64,000 nucleotides of DNA from Candidatus Zixiibacteriota bacterium (GCA_020348065.1 CP070742.1:624053-688052), one strand, 5' to 3'. Shown: positions 46,975-57,568, numbered from the stretch's first letter. A program made the numbers and translations. The notes: generated by a model from the letters alone, not told the origin.

Positions 46975-48243
46975 ATGAATTATAACGAAGTCCTGGATTA
47001 TATGTTCGCCATGGAGAAGTTCGGCGTAAAGCTGGGGCTTACCAATATCACGAGGTTTTTGTCGAAACTTGGAAGTCCGCACCATTCCTTTAGTTCGGTC
47101 CACGTGGCCGGCACAAACGGCAAGGGATCAACCATCGCCATAATGGAATCGATCCTTTCGGCGGCAGGCTACAGGGTCGGCGCTTTTACCTCTCCCCATC
47201 TGGTCGATTTCCGGGAGAGAATTAAGATTAACGGGCGCTTTATCGACAAGAAATATGTTACCGACTTCATGAATGACAGCCTCAAGAAAATAAAAAAATA
47301 TCATATGACCTATTTCGAGGTGGTAACCAGTATTGCCTTCTCATATTTCAAAGACGAAAAAGTGGATATCGCTTTGATCGAAACCGGGCTGGGTGGACGT
47401 CTCGATGCCACCAATGTGTTGAATCCCAGAGTAATTGTGATTACCAATGTCGCCACCGAACATACTAAATGGCTCGGCTTTAAAATACGCGAGATAGCCA
47501 CCGAGAAAGCCGGCGTAATCAAACCCGGCGTGCCCGTTGTTACCGCCGCCATAAATTTCGATGCCAGAAAAGTCATCCGTCAGACATGTGAACGGAATAA
47601 ATGCAATCTCATTTCTGTTTTCGATGAGACCCAATGGATAATAAAAGATATAAACCGCGACTGCACCGAAATGGATATCTTCACCAGGTCGAATAAATAC
47701 TACAACCTGAGACTCCAGCTTCCGGGAAGGCATCAACTCGAAAATGCCGTCGGGGCGTTGATCGCCACGGAGCTCCTGGAAGACCAGATCGGTATCAAAG
47801 TCTCTCCATCCTCCGTTGCCGCCGGGTTCAGGAATATTAAATGGGACGGCAGATTGCAGAGAATATCCAGCAATCCCGATATTATACTCGACGTGGCGCA
47901 CAATCCCGCGGCCCTTGCCAGAATTCGCGAATATTTCAACGAATTCTATAATGATAAAAAGACCATAACCGTGTTCGGAATCCTCTCTGATAAAGATTAC
48001 AAACAGATGCTCGAGGAGTTGGAGCGTATAGCGGATGTCATAATACTCACCCGTCCCATGACCGACAGGGCGGCCGATCCCGAAGCCCTCGCCAGGGAGA
48101 TTCCGAAAAACGGCTTTAATATAAATGTTATTCCCATGGTTGGCGATGCTTATAGAACCGCCAAAGAAATAGCCGGGAAGGATGACGTTATCCTTGTCAC
48201 CGGATCCCATTTTACGGTGGGCGAGGTTTTATCGCATCTTTGA
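46975..48243 (+). CDS. folC: bifunctional folylpolyglutamate synthase / dihydrofolate synthase (Mur-ligase family)
   Basis: P-loop VHVAGTNGKGST and Mur ligase central/C-terminal domains. Confidence 0.85.
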   Translation: MNYNEVLDYMFAMEKFGVKLGLTNITRFLSKLGSPHHSFSSVHVAGTNGKGSTIAIMESILSAAGYRVGAFTSPHLVDFRERIKINGRFIDKKYVTDFMNDSLKKIKKYHMTYFEVVTSIAFSYFKDEKVDIALIETGLGGRLDATNVLNPRVIVITNVATEHTKWLGFKIREIATEKAGVIKPGVPVVTAAINFDARKVIRQTCERNKCNLISVFDETQWIIKDINRDCTEMDIFTRSNKYYNLRLQLPGRHQLENAVGALIATELLEDQIGIKVSPSSVAAGFRNIKWDGRLQRISSNPDIILDVAHNPAALARIREYFNEFYNDKKTITVFGILSDKDYKQMLEELERIADVIILTRPMTDRAADPEALAREIPKNGFNINVIPMVGDAYRTAKEIAGKDDVILVTGSHFTVGEVLSHL

Positions 48244-48318
48244 GGATGATCCAATTGTTTTGCGGCTTGATGGAATAATCGTTAATCCCGTTTGTAGTTA
48301 CTTAAATGAGTAGCCATT

Positions 48319-50304
48319 ATGTCCGGATTTGAATTGATCTCAAGTTACAGGCCCACGGGCGATCAGCCCGAAGCCATCAGGCAACTGCTCGACGGTCTTA
48401 AAAGGGGAGATAAATACCAGACCCTTCTCGGCGTTACCGGCTCCGGCAAAACTTTTACCATGGCGAACGTCATAGCCGGCTTTGAGAAACCGGCGTTGAT
48501 AATATCTCATAATAAAACCCTGGCGGCGCAGCTTTATGGTGAGCTGAAAGGTTTTTTTCCGAAAAATGCAGTCGAGTTTTTTATTAGTTATTACGATTAC
48601 TATCAACCGGAAGCTTACATTCCCACTACCGATACCTATATCGAAAAGGATACCTCCATAAACGAGGATATCGATAGATTAAGACTCCGGGCCACCTCCT
48701 CGCTTCTTGAAAGGGATGATGTCATAATCGTGGCTTCTGTCTCCTGCATATACGGGCTGGGATCGCCGTCGGATTATAAGGAGATGCTGGTTTTCCTGGA
48801 GGCCGGCCTGCGGGTCGACCGCGATTCTCTTTTGCGGGATCTTATTAATATCCATTACCAGAGGAACGATATCGAATTCGGCCGAGGGCATTTCAGAGTC
48901 AGGGGCGACGTCGTCGAAATTCATCCCGCCTACGAGGAAGAGGCGGTAAGGGTCCAGTTTTTCGGCGATGAGATCGAAAAAATAACCATAGTCAATCTTA
49001 TTGACGGGACGGTCATAGCCGAAAAACAAAGGCACGCCATCTACCCCGCCCGCCATTTCGTTACCGAACGCGATAACCTCCTGAGAGCTATCGTGGAGAT
49101 CGAGGCCGAGCTTGAGCAAAGGTTGAAATTTTTTCGCAAAAACGGCAAGCTGCTGGAAGCCCAGAGGATCGAATCGCGCACACGTTATGATATCGAGATG
49201 ATGAGGGAGATCGGCTATTGCACCGGTATCGAGAACTACTCCCGCCATCTCGCCGGACGTAAAGAGGGCGATCCTCCCTATACCCTTTTCGATTTTTTCC
49301 CTCCCGAATTTATAACCATTATCGACGAATCTCATCAGACTATCCCGCAGATCAGGGGGATGTACCGCGGCGACAGGTCCCGTAAAGAGACCCTGGTCGA
49401 ACATGGATTCAGGTTGCCGTCCGCCCTCGATAACAGGCCCTTATTCTTCGAAGAGTTCGAGAGCCGGTTGCATAGAACCATCTTCGTTTCCGCCACTCCG
49501 GCGGAGTTCGAACTGGAAAAATCAGGCGGCGTTGTTGTAGAGCAGATAATACGACCCACCGGCCTGGTGGATCCCGTAATCACGGTGAAACCCATAGAGA
49601 AACAGATTGACGATTTAATCGAACAGATCAAGATAAGAACCGCCCGGGGCGAGAGGGTTCTGGTAACCACCCTCACCAAAAGAATGTCCGAGGATCTCAC
49701 CGATTACCTTCAGAACCTCGGAATAAAGGTAAGATACCTTCATTCGGAGATCGACGCCATAGACCGCGTTGAAATACTGCGCGATTTGAGACTGGCGGAA
49801 TTCGATGTTCTGGTCGGTATCAACCTGTTAAGAGAAGGCCTGGATTTGCCGGAGGTCTCGCTGGTCGCCATTCTTGACGCCGATAAAGAGGGCTTTTTAC
49901 GTTCAGAAAGATCGCTTATACAAACAGCGGGCCGCGCCGCCCGCAACAAGGCCGGCCAGGTAATACTATATGCCGATACGGTTACCGATTCTATTAAAAA
50001 AGCGGTTAACGAAACCGAAAGACGGCGAAAGGTACAGATCGAGTTTAACAAAACGCACGGAATTGAACCCCGGACCATTTATAAATCGCGCGAGGATATC
50101 CTGAAAACAACCTCCTTCGCCGACGTTAAATCCCCGATGCCGGAAAAAAACGCAGGCGCGGAGATCGATGCTGTCGCGCGGCTGGAAATCGAGGAAAAAT
50201 TAAAGGCTCTGGAGAAAATGATGAGAAAAGCCGCCAAAGACCTCCAGTTCGAAAAGGCCGCGGAACTCAGAGATGAGATATCGCGGTTAAGAAAAATGAA
50301 ATGA
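48319..50304 (+). CDS. uvrB: excinuclease ABC subunit B
   Basis: Helicase motifs (GVTGSGKT), beta-hairpin region, C-terminal UVR domain ([11 protein letters not shown]). Confidence 0.95.
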   Translation: MSGFELISSYRPTGDQPEAIRQLLDGLKRGDKYQTLLGVTGSGKTFTMANVIAGFEKPALIISHNKTLAAQLYGELKGFFPKNAVEFFISYYDYYQPEAYIPTTDTYIEKDTSINEDIDRLRLRATSSLLERDDVIIVASVSCIYGLGSPSDYKEMLVFLEAGLRVDRDSLLRDLINIHYQRNDIEFGRGHFRVRGDVVEIHPAYEEEAVRVQFFGDEIEKITIVNLIDGTVIAEKQRHAIYPARHFVTERDNLLRAIVEIEAELEQRLKFFRKNGKLLEAQRIESRTRYDIEMMREIGYCTGIENYSRHLAGRKEGDPPYTLFDFFPPEFITIIDESHQTIPQIRGMYRGDRSRKETLVEHGFRLPSALDNRPLFFEEFESRLHRTIFVSATPAEFELEKSGGVVVEQIIRPTGLVDPVITVKPIEKQIDDLIEQIKIRTARGERVLVTTLTKRMSEDLTDYLQNLGIKVRYLHSEIDAIDRVEILRDLRLAEFDVLVGINLLREGLDLPEVSLVAILDADKEGFLRSERSLIQTAGRAARNKAGQVILYADTVTDSIKKAVNETERRRKVQIEFNKTHGIEPRTIYKSREDILKTTSFADVKSPMPEKNAGAEIDAVARLEIEEKLKALEKMMRKAAKDLQFEKAAELRDEISRLRKMK

Positions 50305-51182
50305 GGATTATCATGCCTAAATCGGGAATTACGGTTTTTTTGATTTTTTTATCGATTATCGCGTGTAATGGATCGGATGTCACCAGGCCGCCGGACGTAA
50401 ACGACTACGATGCCGTTTATCATATCGTCTCAATTGACAGGGCGCCCGAATTCAATATCGATCTTCTGGATTTCTCGATCCCCGATACGATGTCCTCCAT
50501 GTTGGCTCAACTGCAATTGGAGCATTACTGGTTCAATCTAACTTACGATTCCCTGGATCTTCCAATAGATATAGAATATCCCGATGCCCAGGATTCCCTG
50601 GGAACTCTACCTGAGGCTTATGTGCGAAAAATTAAATTCTTTTATGGTACGCTGGAAATTATCGGGATCGATACCGCGGGTGGCGGTCAGGAACCGATCC
50701 GGCGTTCCACGGATTTCGCCATCCGGGGCGAGATTTACGCGACGTTTAAAAAATTCGGTTCGGATTATAACTACCGCCGCGGCTGGCTGTTGACGGAAAT
50801 ATCCGATGTTGTTTTTTCGGCCGCCTATCCGCAGGGCATAACCCAGATTACAATTAACTCGGCTTCTTATCCCGAACTGATAGTGTCGACCGGCCTGAAA
50901 TCGCTGGATGATATTCTCGTTTTTGCCCCGGGAGAGTACGTTACAGTCACAATAAACGGCTCCGACCCCGGAGATATATTCCGGCTGAGGTATCCTCAGG
51001 GAAACGGCTTTCAGACCGTTCTTCTGGAACCCGATTTCAGTAATAACTTTATAACGGAATTCCAGATGCCGGGAATCGGGCAGTTTAATCATTTTTTGGT
51101 TGAGGCCGTAGGCAAAACCTCCTTCCGGGAAGACGGTCCTTTCAGATATGAAGCCATAGGTGTCTTGTTTGAGGTGGAATAA
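50301..51182 (+). CDS. hypothetical lipoprotein (293 aa), no recognised domain
   Basis: Signal peptide with lipobox (LSIIAC); ATGA translational coupling to the uvrB stop. Confidence 0.5.
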   Translation: MRIIMPKSGITVFLIFLSIIACNGSDVTRPPDVNDYDAVYHIVSIDRAPEFNIDLLDFSIPDTMSSMLAQLQLEHYWFNLTYDSLDLPIDIEYPDAQDSLGTLPEAYVRKIKFFYGTLEIIGIDTAGGGQEPIRRSTDFAIRGEIYATFKKFGSDYNYRRGWLLTEISDVVFSAAYPQGITQITINSASYPELIVSTGLKSLDDILVFAPGEYVTVTINGSDPGDIFRLRYPQGNGFQTVLLEPDFSNNFITEFQMPGIGQFNHFLVEAVGKTSFREDGPFRYEAIGVLFEVE

Positions 51183-51280
51183 TGGATAAACAAAGATTCG
51201 TCGCTATTAAATTCGATATCGTATTAAGAATTACCTTGCCATAATAATTGACGATACTATATTAGGAAAACGGAGGAGTT

Positions 51281-51469
51281 ATGGCGAAAAGACAGTCGTT
51301 TGCTGATAAAGCTCAGAAAAAATCGCACGTAGAGGAATGCAAAGTATGTGCATCACCGATTACCCCCACTATGTTTGTATTTCCTCAGGCCGCCGAAAAC
51401 GGTGCGATTAAGTATAAACGGGGCATCGTAAAAGTCTGTAAATGCAATTACAAGCAGTATTACGAATAA
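51281..51469 (+). CDS. small hypothetical zinc-ribbon protein (62 aa; CxxC...CxC)
   Basis: GGAGG RBS 6-8 nt upstream of the ATG; basic N-terminus; four Cys (CKVC, CKC); isolated between AT-rich gaps. Confidence 0.4.
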   Translation: MAKRQSFADKAQKKSHVEECKVCASPITPTMFVFPQAAENGAIKYKRGIVKVCKCNYKQYYE

Positions 51470-51634
51470 GCGTAATTTATTTCCGCGCAACGCCTTGAGA
51501 TAAAAAAATCATATAAATAAAAAATATTCTTGTATGTAAAGTTTGTGAAAAATATTACAAAATCTCTTGACCACCCGGTATCAGGAGGTTATTTTTATGA
51601 CCGGTTTGGATTTTTAATTTGAGGAGGTTAGCTA

Positions 51635-51838
51635 ATGCCTAAAATAGATGTAGATACCATAAGATGTAAGGGTTGCGAACTTTGTATTCCCGCCTGTCCC
51701 AAAAAGGTAATCGGGCTTTCGAAAACATTCTCCGCAACCGGGTATTACCCGGCCATGATGGTGAATCCGGAAGATTGTAACGGCTGCAGGCTCTGCGCCT
51801 TCGTTTGTCCCGATGTCTCTATTACGGTATATAAATAG
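51635..51838 (+). CDS. porD: 2-oxoacid:ferredoxin oxidoreductase delta subunit (2x[4Fe-4S] ferredoxin)
   Basis: Two CxxCxxCxxxCP motifs in 67 aa; AGGAGG RBS. Confidence 0.8.
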   Translation: MPKIDVDTIRCKGCELCIPACPKKVIGLSKTFSATGYYPAMMVNPEDCNGCRLCAFVCPDVSITVYK

Positions 51839-51850
51839 GAAGGAATACAG

Positions 51851-52933
51851 ATGGCTGAAAGAACATTGATGAAAGGAAACGAGGCGGTTGCCGAGGGCGC
51901 CGTCAGGGCGGGATGCAGATTTTTCGCCGGATATCCTATCACTCCCCAGAACGAGATTCCCGAATATATGTCCTGGAGATTGCCCGAAGAAGGGGGTACA
52001 TTTATTCAGGCCGAATCCGAGGTGGCGGCGATAAACATGCTTTTCGGCGCTTCCTCCGTCGGAACCAGGGTTATGACATCTTCGTCGTCGCCGGGAATCA
52101 GTCTCAAACAGGAAGGTATATCGTATTGCGCAACGGCGGAATTACCCATTTTTTATACCAATGTCGTAAGAGGCGGTCCCGGCCTCGGTAATATCGCGCC
52201 TTCCCAGGGTGACTATTTTCAGGCCACGCGCGGGGGCGGTCATGGTGATTATCGAGTAATCGTATTCGCCCCCAAAACCGTAGAGGAAATGGCCAATTTC
52301 CCCAGAATCTGCTACGAATTGGCATTTAAATACCGAATCCCCACCATGGTTCTCGCCGATGGTATCCTGGGCCAGATGATGGAGCCGGTCACATTCGATT
52401 TCGATCCCATCGATCCCTCGGTATTCAAAACTCCCGATTGGGCTCTGCGAGGTTCGAAACCGGAAGAAAGAAGGGTTATTAAATCATACGACCTTCGCCC
52501 GGGCAAAATGGAGCAATGGAATTTCCGGCTCGAGAAGAAGTATGATGAAATCAGGGAGAAAGAACCGAGATACGAAGCGGTCAATATCGATGACGCCGAT
52601 ATTATCCTCACTGGATACGGAACCGCCGCCCGTGTCTGCGAATCCGTCATGGCCCTGGGTAGAAAAGACGGACTCAAAATCGGCTATGTAAGGCCCATAA
52701 CTCTCTGGCCTTTCCCCAAGAGCATTTTCAAGGAACTGGGAGAAAAGGTTGAGAAATTCTTCGTGGTCGAGATGAGCCTGGGGCAGTATATTGAAGATGT
52801 AAAGCTTTCACTTAACGGCAAATCGGAAATCTATCTTCATAAACGGCCGGCCGGGGGCATTCCCACCGGCGAAGAAGTGCTGGAGTTGACCAGGAAAATA
52901 CTCTCCGGCGACAAATTAAAACTTGTGGCCTGA
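51851..52933 (+). CDS. porA: 2-oxoacid:ferredoxin oxidoreductase alpha subunit (pyruvate/2-oxoglutarate/2-ketoisovalerate class)
   Basis: KGNEAVAEGAVRAGCRFFAGYPITPQNEI N-terminus typical of POR/KOR alpha. Confidence 0.85.
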   Translation: MAERTLMKGNEAVAEGAVRAGCRFFAGYPITPQNEIPEYMSWRLPEEGGTFIQAESEVAAINMLFGASSVGTRVMTSSSSPGISLKQEGISYCATAELPIFYTNVVRGGPGLGNIAPSQGDYFQATRGGGHGDYRVIVFAPKTVEEMANFPRICYELAFKYRIPTMVLADGILGQMMEPVTFDFDPIDPSVFKTPDWALRGSKPEERRVIKSYDLRPGKMEQWNFRLEKKYDEIREKEPRYEAVNIDDADIILTGYGTAARVCESVMALGRKDGLKIGYVRPITLWPFPKSIFKELGEKVEKFFVVEMSLGQYIEDVKLSLNGKSEIYLHKRPAGGIPTGEEVLELTRKILSGDKLKLVA

Positions 52934-52957
52934 TAATAAATTGGACTGGAGATAAAA

Positions 52958-53746
52958 ATGGAGAAAGTTGTTTTTGAACGGACTAAGGGTCTTACCGATA
53001 TCCCCATGCGCTATTGCCCGGGCTGCGGTCACGGCGTCGTTCACAGGCTGGTGGCTGAATGTTTCATGGAACTGGGCGTACAGGAGAAGACCATCGGTAT
53101 CGGCCCCGTCGGCTGTTCGGTTTTCGCTGATGAATATTTCAATGTAGATATGATCCAGGGCGCTCACGGGAGGGGGCCTGCAATAGCGACCGGGATTAAG
53201 AGGTGCCTGCCGGATCGGCTGGTGTTTTCTTATCAGGGTGATGGCGACCTGGCGTCCATAGGTGCGGCCGAAATGCTTCATTCCGCCATGAGATCCGAAA
53301 ATATCACCATCATATTCATCAACAACGCCATCTACGGTATGACCGGCGGGCAGATGGCTCCGACCACGCTTCTGGGAATGAAGTCGACGACCTCCCCGTC
53401 GGGCAGGACTGTCGCCGCCAACGGATATCCCATCAGGGTTTGCGAGCTTCTGTCCGCCATGGAAGGTCCGATTTACCTCGAGCGCGTCTCAGTCGATAAA
53501 CCGGCGGCCGTTGTAAAAGCCAAAAAGGCAATCAAGAGAGCGTTCGAATACCAGCTCGAAGGACGCGGTTTTACGTTGGTCGAGATTCTATCGCAATGTC
53601 CCACCGACTGGCATATGACGCCTTTGCAGGCGATCGAGAAAATCAGGAAGGATTTGATTCCTTACTACCCGCTCGGAATTTACAGGGAACCGCAAGATGA
53701 TAAACGCGCCAAACCCAAAAAAGTCGCCGTGGAAAAGGAGTCGTAG
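52958..53746 (+). CDS. porB: 2-oxoacid:ferredoxin oxidoreductase beta subunit (TPP-binding)
   Basis: YCPGCGHG motif and TPP-binding GDG...N region. Confidence 0.85.
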   Translation: MEKVVFERTKGLTDIPMRYCPGCGHGVVHRLVAECFMELGVQEKTIGIGPVGCSVFADEYFNVDMIQGAHGRGPAIATGIKRCLPDRLVFSYQGDGDLASIGAAEMLHSAMRSENITIIFINNAIYGMTGGQMAPTTLLGMKSTTSPSGRTVAANGYPIRVCELLSAMEGPIYLERVSVDKPAAVVKAKKAIKRAFEYQLEGRGFTLVEILSQCPTDWHMTPLQAIEKIRKDLIPYYPLGIYREPQDDKRAKPKKVAVEKES

Positions 53747-53747
53747 A

Positions 53748-54284
53748 ATGTATCAGGGAATAATAATGTCGGGTTTCGGCGGGCAGGGTATCATTTCCGG
53801 CGGCATAATGCTCGCTTATGCCGGCATGATCGAGGGCAAAAACGTTACATTTTTCCCGGCTTACGGCGCGGAAATGAGGGGCGGGACGGCCAACTGCTCG
53901 GTAGTTGTCTCCAGCGATCCCGTGGCGTCGCCGGTGGTGGGAAGCCCCGATTCGCTTCTGATTATGAATGAACCCTCACTGGCGAGGTTCGAGGATTCTT
54001 TAAAGCCCGATGGTTTGATGATTATTAATTCCTCGCTGGTGAATTCCAGATCGACCCGTACCGATATTACCGCTATTGAGATTCCAGTCAGCGACCTGGC
54101 GGAAGAGGTCGGCAATATCAAGACCGCGAATATGGTTATCCTGGGGGCTTACGCCAAGAAGACCGGCGCAGTTTCTATCGACGCTCTTAAAAACAGCATC
54201 GCCAAGGTCTACCTCCGCGCCAGCGAATCGATGGTGGAGTTAAACAAGAAAGCTATCGATAAGGGAGCCGAAGCGGTAAGCTGA
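53748..54284 (+). CDS. porG: 2-oxoacid:ferredoxin oxidoreductase gamma subunit
   Basis: In-frame ATG ~53748 (MYQGIIMSGFGGQGI) right after the porB stop; the track ORF start 53697 lies inside porB. Confidence 0.8.
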   Translation: MYQGIIMSGFGGQGIISGGIMLAYAGMIEGKNVTFFPAYGAEMRGGTANCSVVVSSDPVASPVVGSPDSLLIMNEPSLARFEDSLKPDGLMIINSSLVNSRSTRTDITAIEIPVSDLAEEVGNIKTANMVILGAYAKKTGAVSIDALKNSIAKVYLRASESMVELNKKAIDKGAEAVS

Positions 54285-54295
54285 GGAAATCGTGT

Positions 54296-54905
54296 GTCGG
54301 GTTTCTCTCCCCGACTAATAGTCGGGGATTCGGAACGCCGACCTACGAAATGAAATAGATCTCTCGAGGCGGGTTTATCGACCCGCCTTTTTTATTGGAG
54401 GAGAACGAGGTCTGTTCGCTCTAAAAATACAAAGTCGGGGTTTATCCCCCAACAGGATTACCACGCATGTTTATTCCGATTTCATCGGAAAAAGCATGCA
54501 GCCCCTCTGATCTGCATGTCGCAATTTATTGCGGCCGCATCTCTGCGTGTTCGCGGTTAGAATAAATTCTGACACGCGGATCTCCCTTTCGGCTTAATAC
54601 ATAAATATTCAATTGTCAAAGAACGGTGCCCTACTTGAAAACCCGCGTAGTCCTGGGGGCAGACGAGTCGCGGGAGACGCTTTTCTACTTATAGGGATAT
54701 TTGAAAATAAATGCAGTTTGCATATGTTTTCGGGAGTTATGGCCTGCTATGACCGCAAATTGCCGCGCCAAACCGGGAGCGGTCACTCCAAGCAGTGACT
54801 CGCAGGCTAATGAGATAGGTCAGGAGCTGAAAGCTCCTGACGATTCAATTTATTTCTGCGATTCCCGAAACAATTAGGTTGCCAAGCGGCGCTCGGAAAC
54901 CAGGG
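54296..54905. repeat. cluster B of the same mosaic palindromic repeat units as cluster A, in inverted orientation, with a ~290-nt extra insert
   Basis: Reverse complements of segments here match cluster A at ~85-90% identity over 25-60 nt blocks: cgtaggtcggcgttccgaatccccgactattagtcgggg, ctgcatgctttttccgatgaaatcggaataaa, gttgggggataaaccccgac, gcgagtcactgcttggagtgaccgc, ttgccaagcggcgct. Confidence 0.65.
54366..54396 (+). terminator. Rho-independent terminator of the por operon (embedded in repeat cluster B)
   Basis: aggcgggt-ttatcg-acccgcct hairpin followed by TTTTTTATT. Confidence 0.7.
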
Positions 54906-54956
54906 AATCCGGAAAGGATTTGATAAATCAGACACCTACGGCAGAATAGTAAATAT

Positions 54957-56600
54957 TTATCGGGTCGGCAAAAAATCGTCCGGGTTCGCCGGTTTGACCA
55001 TCAGCTGTTTTTCACGTTCGACCAGCACCTTGCCCGGAGGGAATTTCCTGGGCTTGCGCACATACTTGACCTGCGTATAGGCCACTGGTACCTTCGAGGA
55101 GTTCCGCGCTTTGGAGTGGTACGCCGCCAGCGAGGCAGCTTCCAGCAGAGTCTGTTTGTCGGGTTTCGATGATTTATCGGGAAGCCGCAGTACCGTATGC
55201 GATCCCGCCGCCTGCCAGGCGTGAAACCAAAAGTCCTCTTTCGACGCTATATGAAATGTCAATTCGTCGTTGTCTTTATTCGATTTACCGATCAGGATTT
55301 CCCAGCCGCAAGTGGCTCGGTAGACCCTGTAGGGCTTTCGTCTTTCAGCCGCCTTCCTGGTTGCGGTTTCCGATTTGTCGGAGGTTAAAAGCCCCATCTC
55401 GATTAATTTTCGTTCCATAAGATTCGGCTTTTGCTCAAAGGAGTCCGCGATATCCGTCAGGTCGGCGAGTTCGGTCTCGGTTTCCCGCAGGCGGTTTCCG
55501 AGAGTCATTTTTGATCCTGCCGCCTTTCTTGATTTCTTGAAATAGGATTCGGCGTTGGCCGATGGCGATTTTGAGGGATCGAGCTTTATGGTTATTTTGT
55601 CGCCGGTTTCATTATAAAGAGGATCGAGGTCAATGGAATCGGCGCCTTTTTTTATTCTTCCGATATTCGAAAGTATCATCTCTCCATACATTTTATAGAG
55701 ATCCGCCTTTCGGGATTCCTCGAGCTCCTTTTTTATCCGGGATATTTTTTTGCGTCTCCTGGAAATTTCTGATTTGCACATTCTTTGAAGATTCTCGATC
55801 CGCTTTTTTTCATCGATCCTACCTGCAACTTCGCTGTAATATTGTTCATACATCGCCAGCGCCGATTCGATCTCTATGGCGGTCTCGTCTCGCGTAAGTA
55901 TCGGCTTAACAAGCGAGTATCCGATATACTCATCCCCTCGCGCGATTATCCAGGCCGGGCCGGGTTTCCGGGCCTGGAGGACGTATTCGGTTAAATCGTG
56001 CAGGAGCTCATCATTATCGGCTTCCGGACTTAACGAGAAGTTCAATATATCTCTTTTGTTGAGTCCGTAAATCTCTTTGAAAGGGTCCAGATCCGCGTCG
56101 TGAATCTTTTCCAGTCGATCTTTATCGATATTTAAAATGGTCGGCTTTTTCAGCGGGCCGGGGTATTTGTAGATCTTTTTTCTTTTTTTCCTCAAGGACG
56201 ATTTGATATTGAAATCCTTATCGACAATATAAACATCGCCGATATTCGGTATCATTTCTAAAATCAAAAGAGCGGCCAGCATTTTTCCCAATCTGTCTTT
56301 TTTCTCCAGCTCTACAGACAGTATTCTGTCATAGTTGCTCTGCCTGACATCGGTAAAATAATAACCATCAATGCCGCCCAGGGATTTTTCCAGTTTGTCC
56401 GGTAACTCGTTGGTAATTCCGATATATGATGAAGCTGTGCCTACGGAATAAACGAGGATCTGGCTCGATTCGCGGAACTTGAGATAAAGCCGCCTGCCGG
56501 AGAATCCCGAGAACGCTCCCTCAATTTCATGATTTTTGAATCTTTTTAACTCCTCGCGAACGCGGGCCGTATCGAGGACGGTTAGTTTCTGCAACTCCAT
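54957..56600 (-). CDS. rqcH: ribosome-associated quality-control protein RqcH (NFACT-N/FbpA + coiled coil + NFACT-R/DUF814)
   Basis: N-terminus LKRFKNHEIEGAFSGFSGRRLYLKF (NFACT-N), long charged coiled coil, C-terminal DUF814 (HAWQAAGSHTVLRLPDKSS). Confidence 0.8.
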   Translation of the reverse strand: MELQKLTVLDTARVREELKRFKNHEIEGAFSGFSGRRLYLKFRESSQILVYSVGTASSYIGITNELPDKLEKSLGGIDGYYFTDVRQSNYDRILSVELEKKDRLGKMLAALLILEMIPNIGDVYIVDKDFNIKSSLRKKRKKIYKYPGPLKKPTILNIDKDRLEKIHDADLDPFKEIYGLNKRDILNFSLSPEADNDELLHDLTEYVLQARKPGPAWIIARGDEYIGYSLVKPILTRDETAIEIESALAMYEQYYSEVAGRIDEKKRIENLQRMCKSEISRRRKKISRIKKELEESRKADLYKMYGEMILSNIGRIKKGADSIDLDPLYNETGDKITIKLDPSKSPSANAESYFKKSRKAAGSKMTLGNRLRETETELADLTDIADSFEQKPNLMERKLIEMGLLTSDKSETATRKAAERRKPYRVYRATCGWEILIGKSNKDNDELTFHIASKEDFWFHAWQAAGSHTVLRLPDKSSKPDKQTLLEAASLAAYHSKARNSSKVPVAYTQVKYVRKPRKFPPGKVLVEREKQLMVKPANPDDFLPTR

Positions 56601-56692
56601 TTTACCAATTTACACGCATATTTGGGTTGACAAAACATCTTTTTGGCCTATTTTGAGGGCTTGATTTGGATTGATTAATAGGGAGTTTTGAA

Positions 56693-57568
56693 ATGCCTCG
56701 AAGTATGACCGGCTTCGGCCGCGCCGAAGCCGAGTATCGCGGAAATAAGCTGACGGTGGAGATAAATACTTTAAACAGCCGTTATCTTGAATACCAGACG
56801 CGAATTCCCAAATCCCTTACCCCGCTGGAAAACGATATCAAGAATCTTCTCAACTCCAGGTTCAAGCGCGGCAAGATTATTATCACCATCACTCAGGACC
56901 AGGAGCAGCCCGAAGATTCCATTATCCTGGATGAACAGAAAGCCGACTCTTATTTCAGGATTTTCAACCTGCTCAAGGAAAAATACTCGTTAAAGCCGGA
57001 TCTATCCTTGCAGGATTTTGCGGCCCTGCCGGATCTGGTCAAGATCGAAAAAGAGGATGATAACCTCAAAGAGATCTGGGACAATCTGCAGCCGGTGGTC
57101 CTCGAAGCGGCGGAAGCAGTCAACAGGATGAGGATTGCCGAAGGAGAGAATCTTGCCAGGGACATGGTGGATCGTTTGAAAAGCATCGAAAAGTATGCGG
57201 GCGAGATAGAGAGATTATCCGGCGAAAACGTGGAAGAATACCGTGAGAAACTAAAAGCGAAGGTAGCGGAAATTGTAGGAGATTCTCCTATTGATGAAAA
57301 TCGTCTTGCCATGGAGATAGCTCTTTTCGCGGAGAAATCCGATATTACGGAAGAGTGCATAAGGTTGCGGTCGCATGTGGAGCAGTTTGCTGGCAGTTTG
57401 AAGGAAAGCGGTCCTGTGGGTAAAAGGCTCAATTTTATTTTGCAGGAGTTGAACCGCGAGGCTAATACTGCGGGATCGAAATCCGCCAGTTATCCGATCT
57501 CCCGCAGGGTAATATCCATCAAGGAAGAGGTGGAGCGTCTCAGGGAGCAAATACAGAACATAGAATAG
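56693..57568 (+). CDS. yicC: YicC-family stress-induced protein (YicC_N + DUF1732)
   Basis: MTGFGRAEAEYRGNKLTVEINTLNSRYLE N-terminus; C-terminal LNREANTAGSK motif. Confidence 0.85.
   Translation: MPRSMTGFGRAEAEYRGNKLTVEINTLNSRYLEYQTRIPKSLTPLENDIKNLLNSRFKRGKIIITITQDQEQPEDSIILDEQKADSYFRIFNLLKEKYSLKPDLSLQDFAALPDLVKIEKEDDNLKEIWDNLQPVVLEAAEAVNRMRIAEGENLARDMVDRLKSIEKYAGEIERLSGENVEEYREKLKAKVAEIVGDSPIDENRLAMEIALFAEKSDITEECIRLRSHVEQFAGSLKESGPVGKRLNFILQELNREANTAGSKSASYPISRRVISIKEEVERLREQIQNIE

Noticed and set aside
47341-48210. 289-aa minus-strand ORF inside folC. Similar long antisense ORFs lie at 8695-9396 (in lolC), 12575-13165 (in clpC), 28593-29267 (in wza) and 48679-49404 (in uvrB)
   Set aside because: Each sits entirely within a confidently identified + strand gene and has no recognisable motifs. 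They are antisense shadows expected at ~50% GC.
54613-54798. 61-aa ORF inside repeat cluster B
   Set aside because: It lies within the repeat-specific insert, has no RBS and no coding-like composition (Gly/Arg-rich, overlapping palindromes). More plausibly non-coding.
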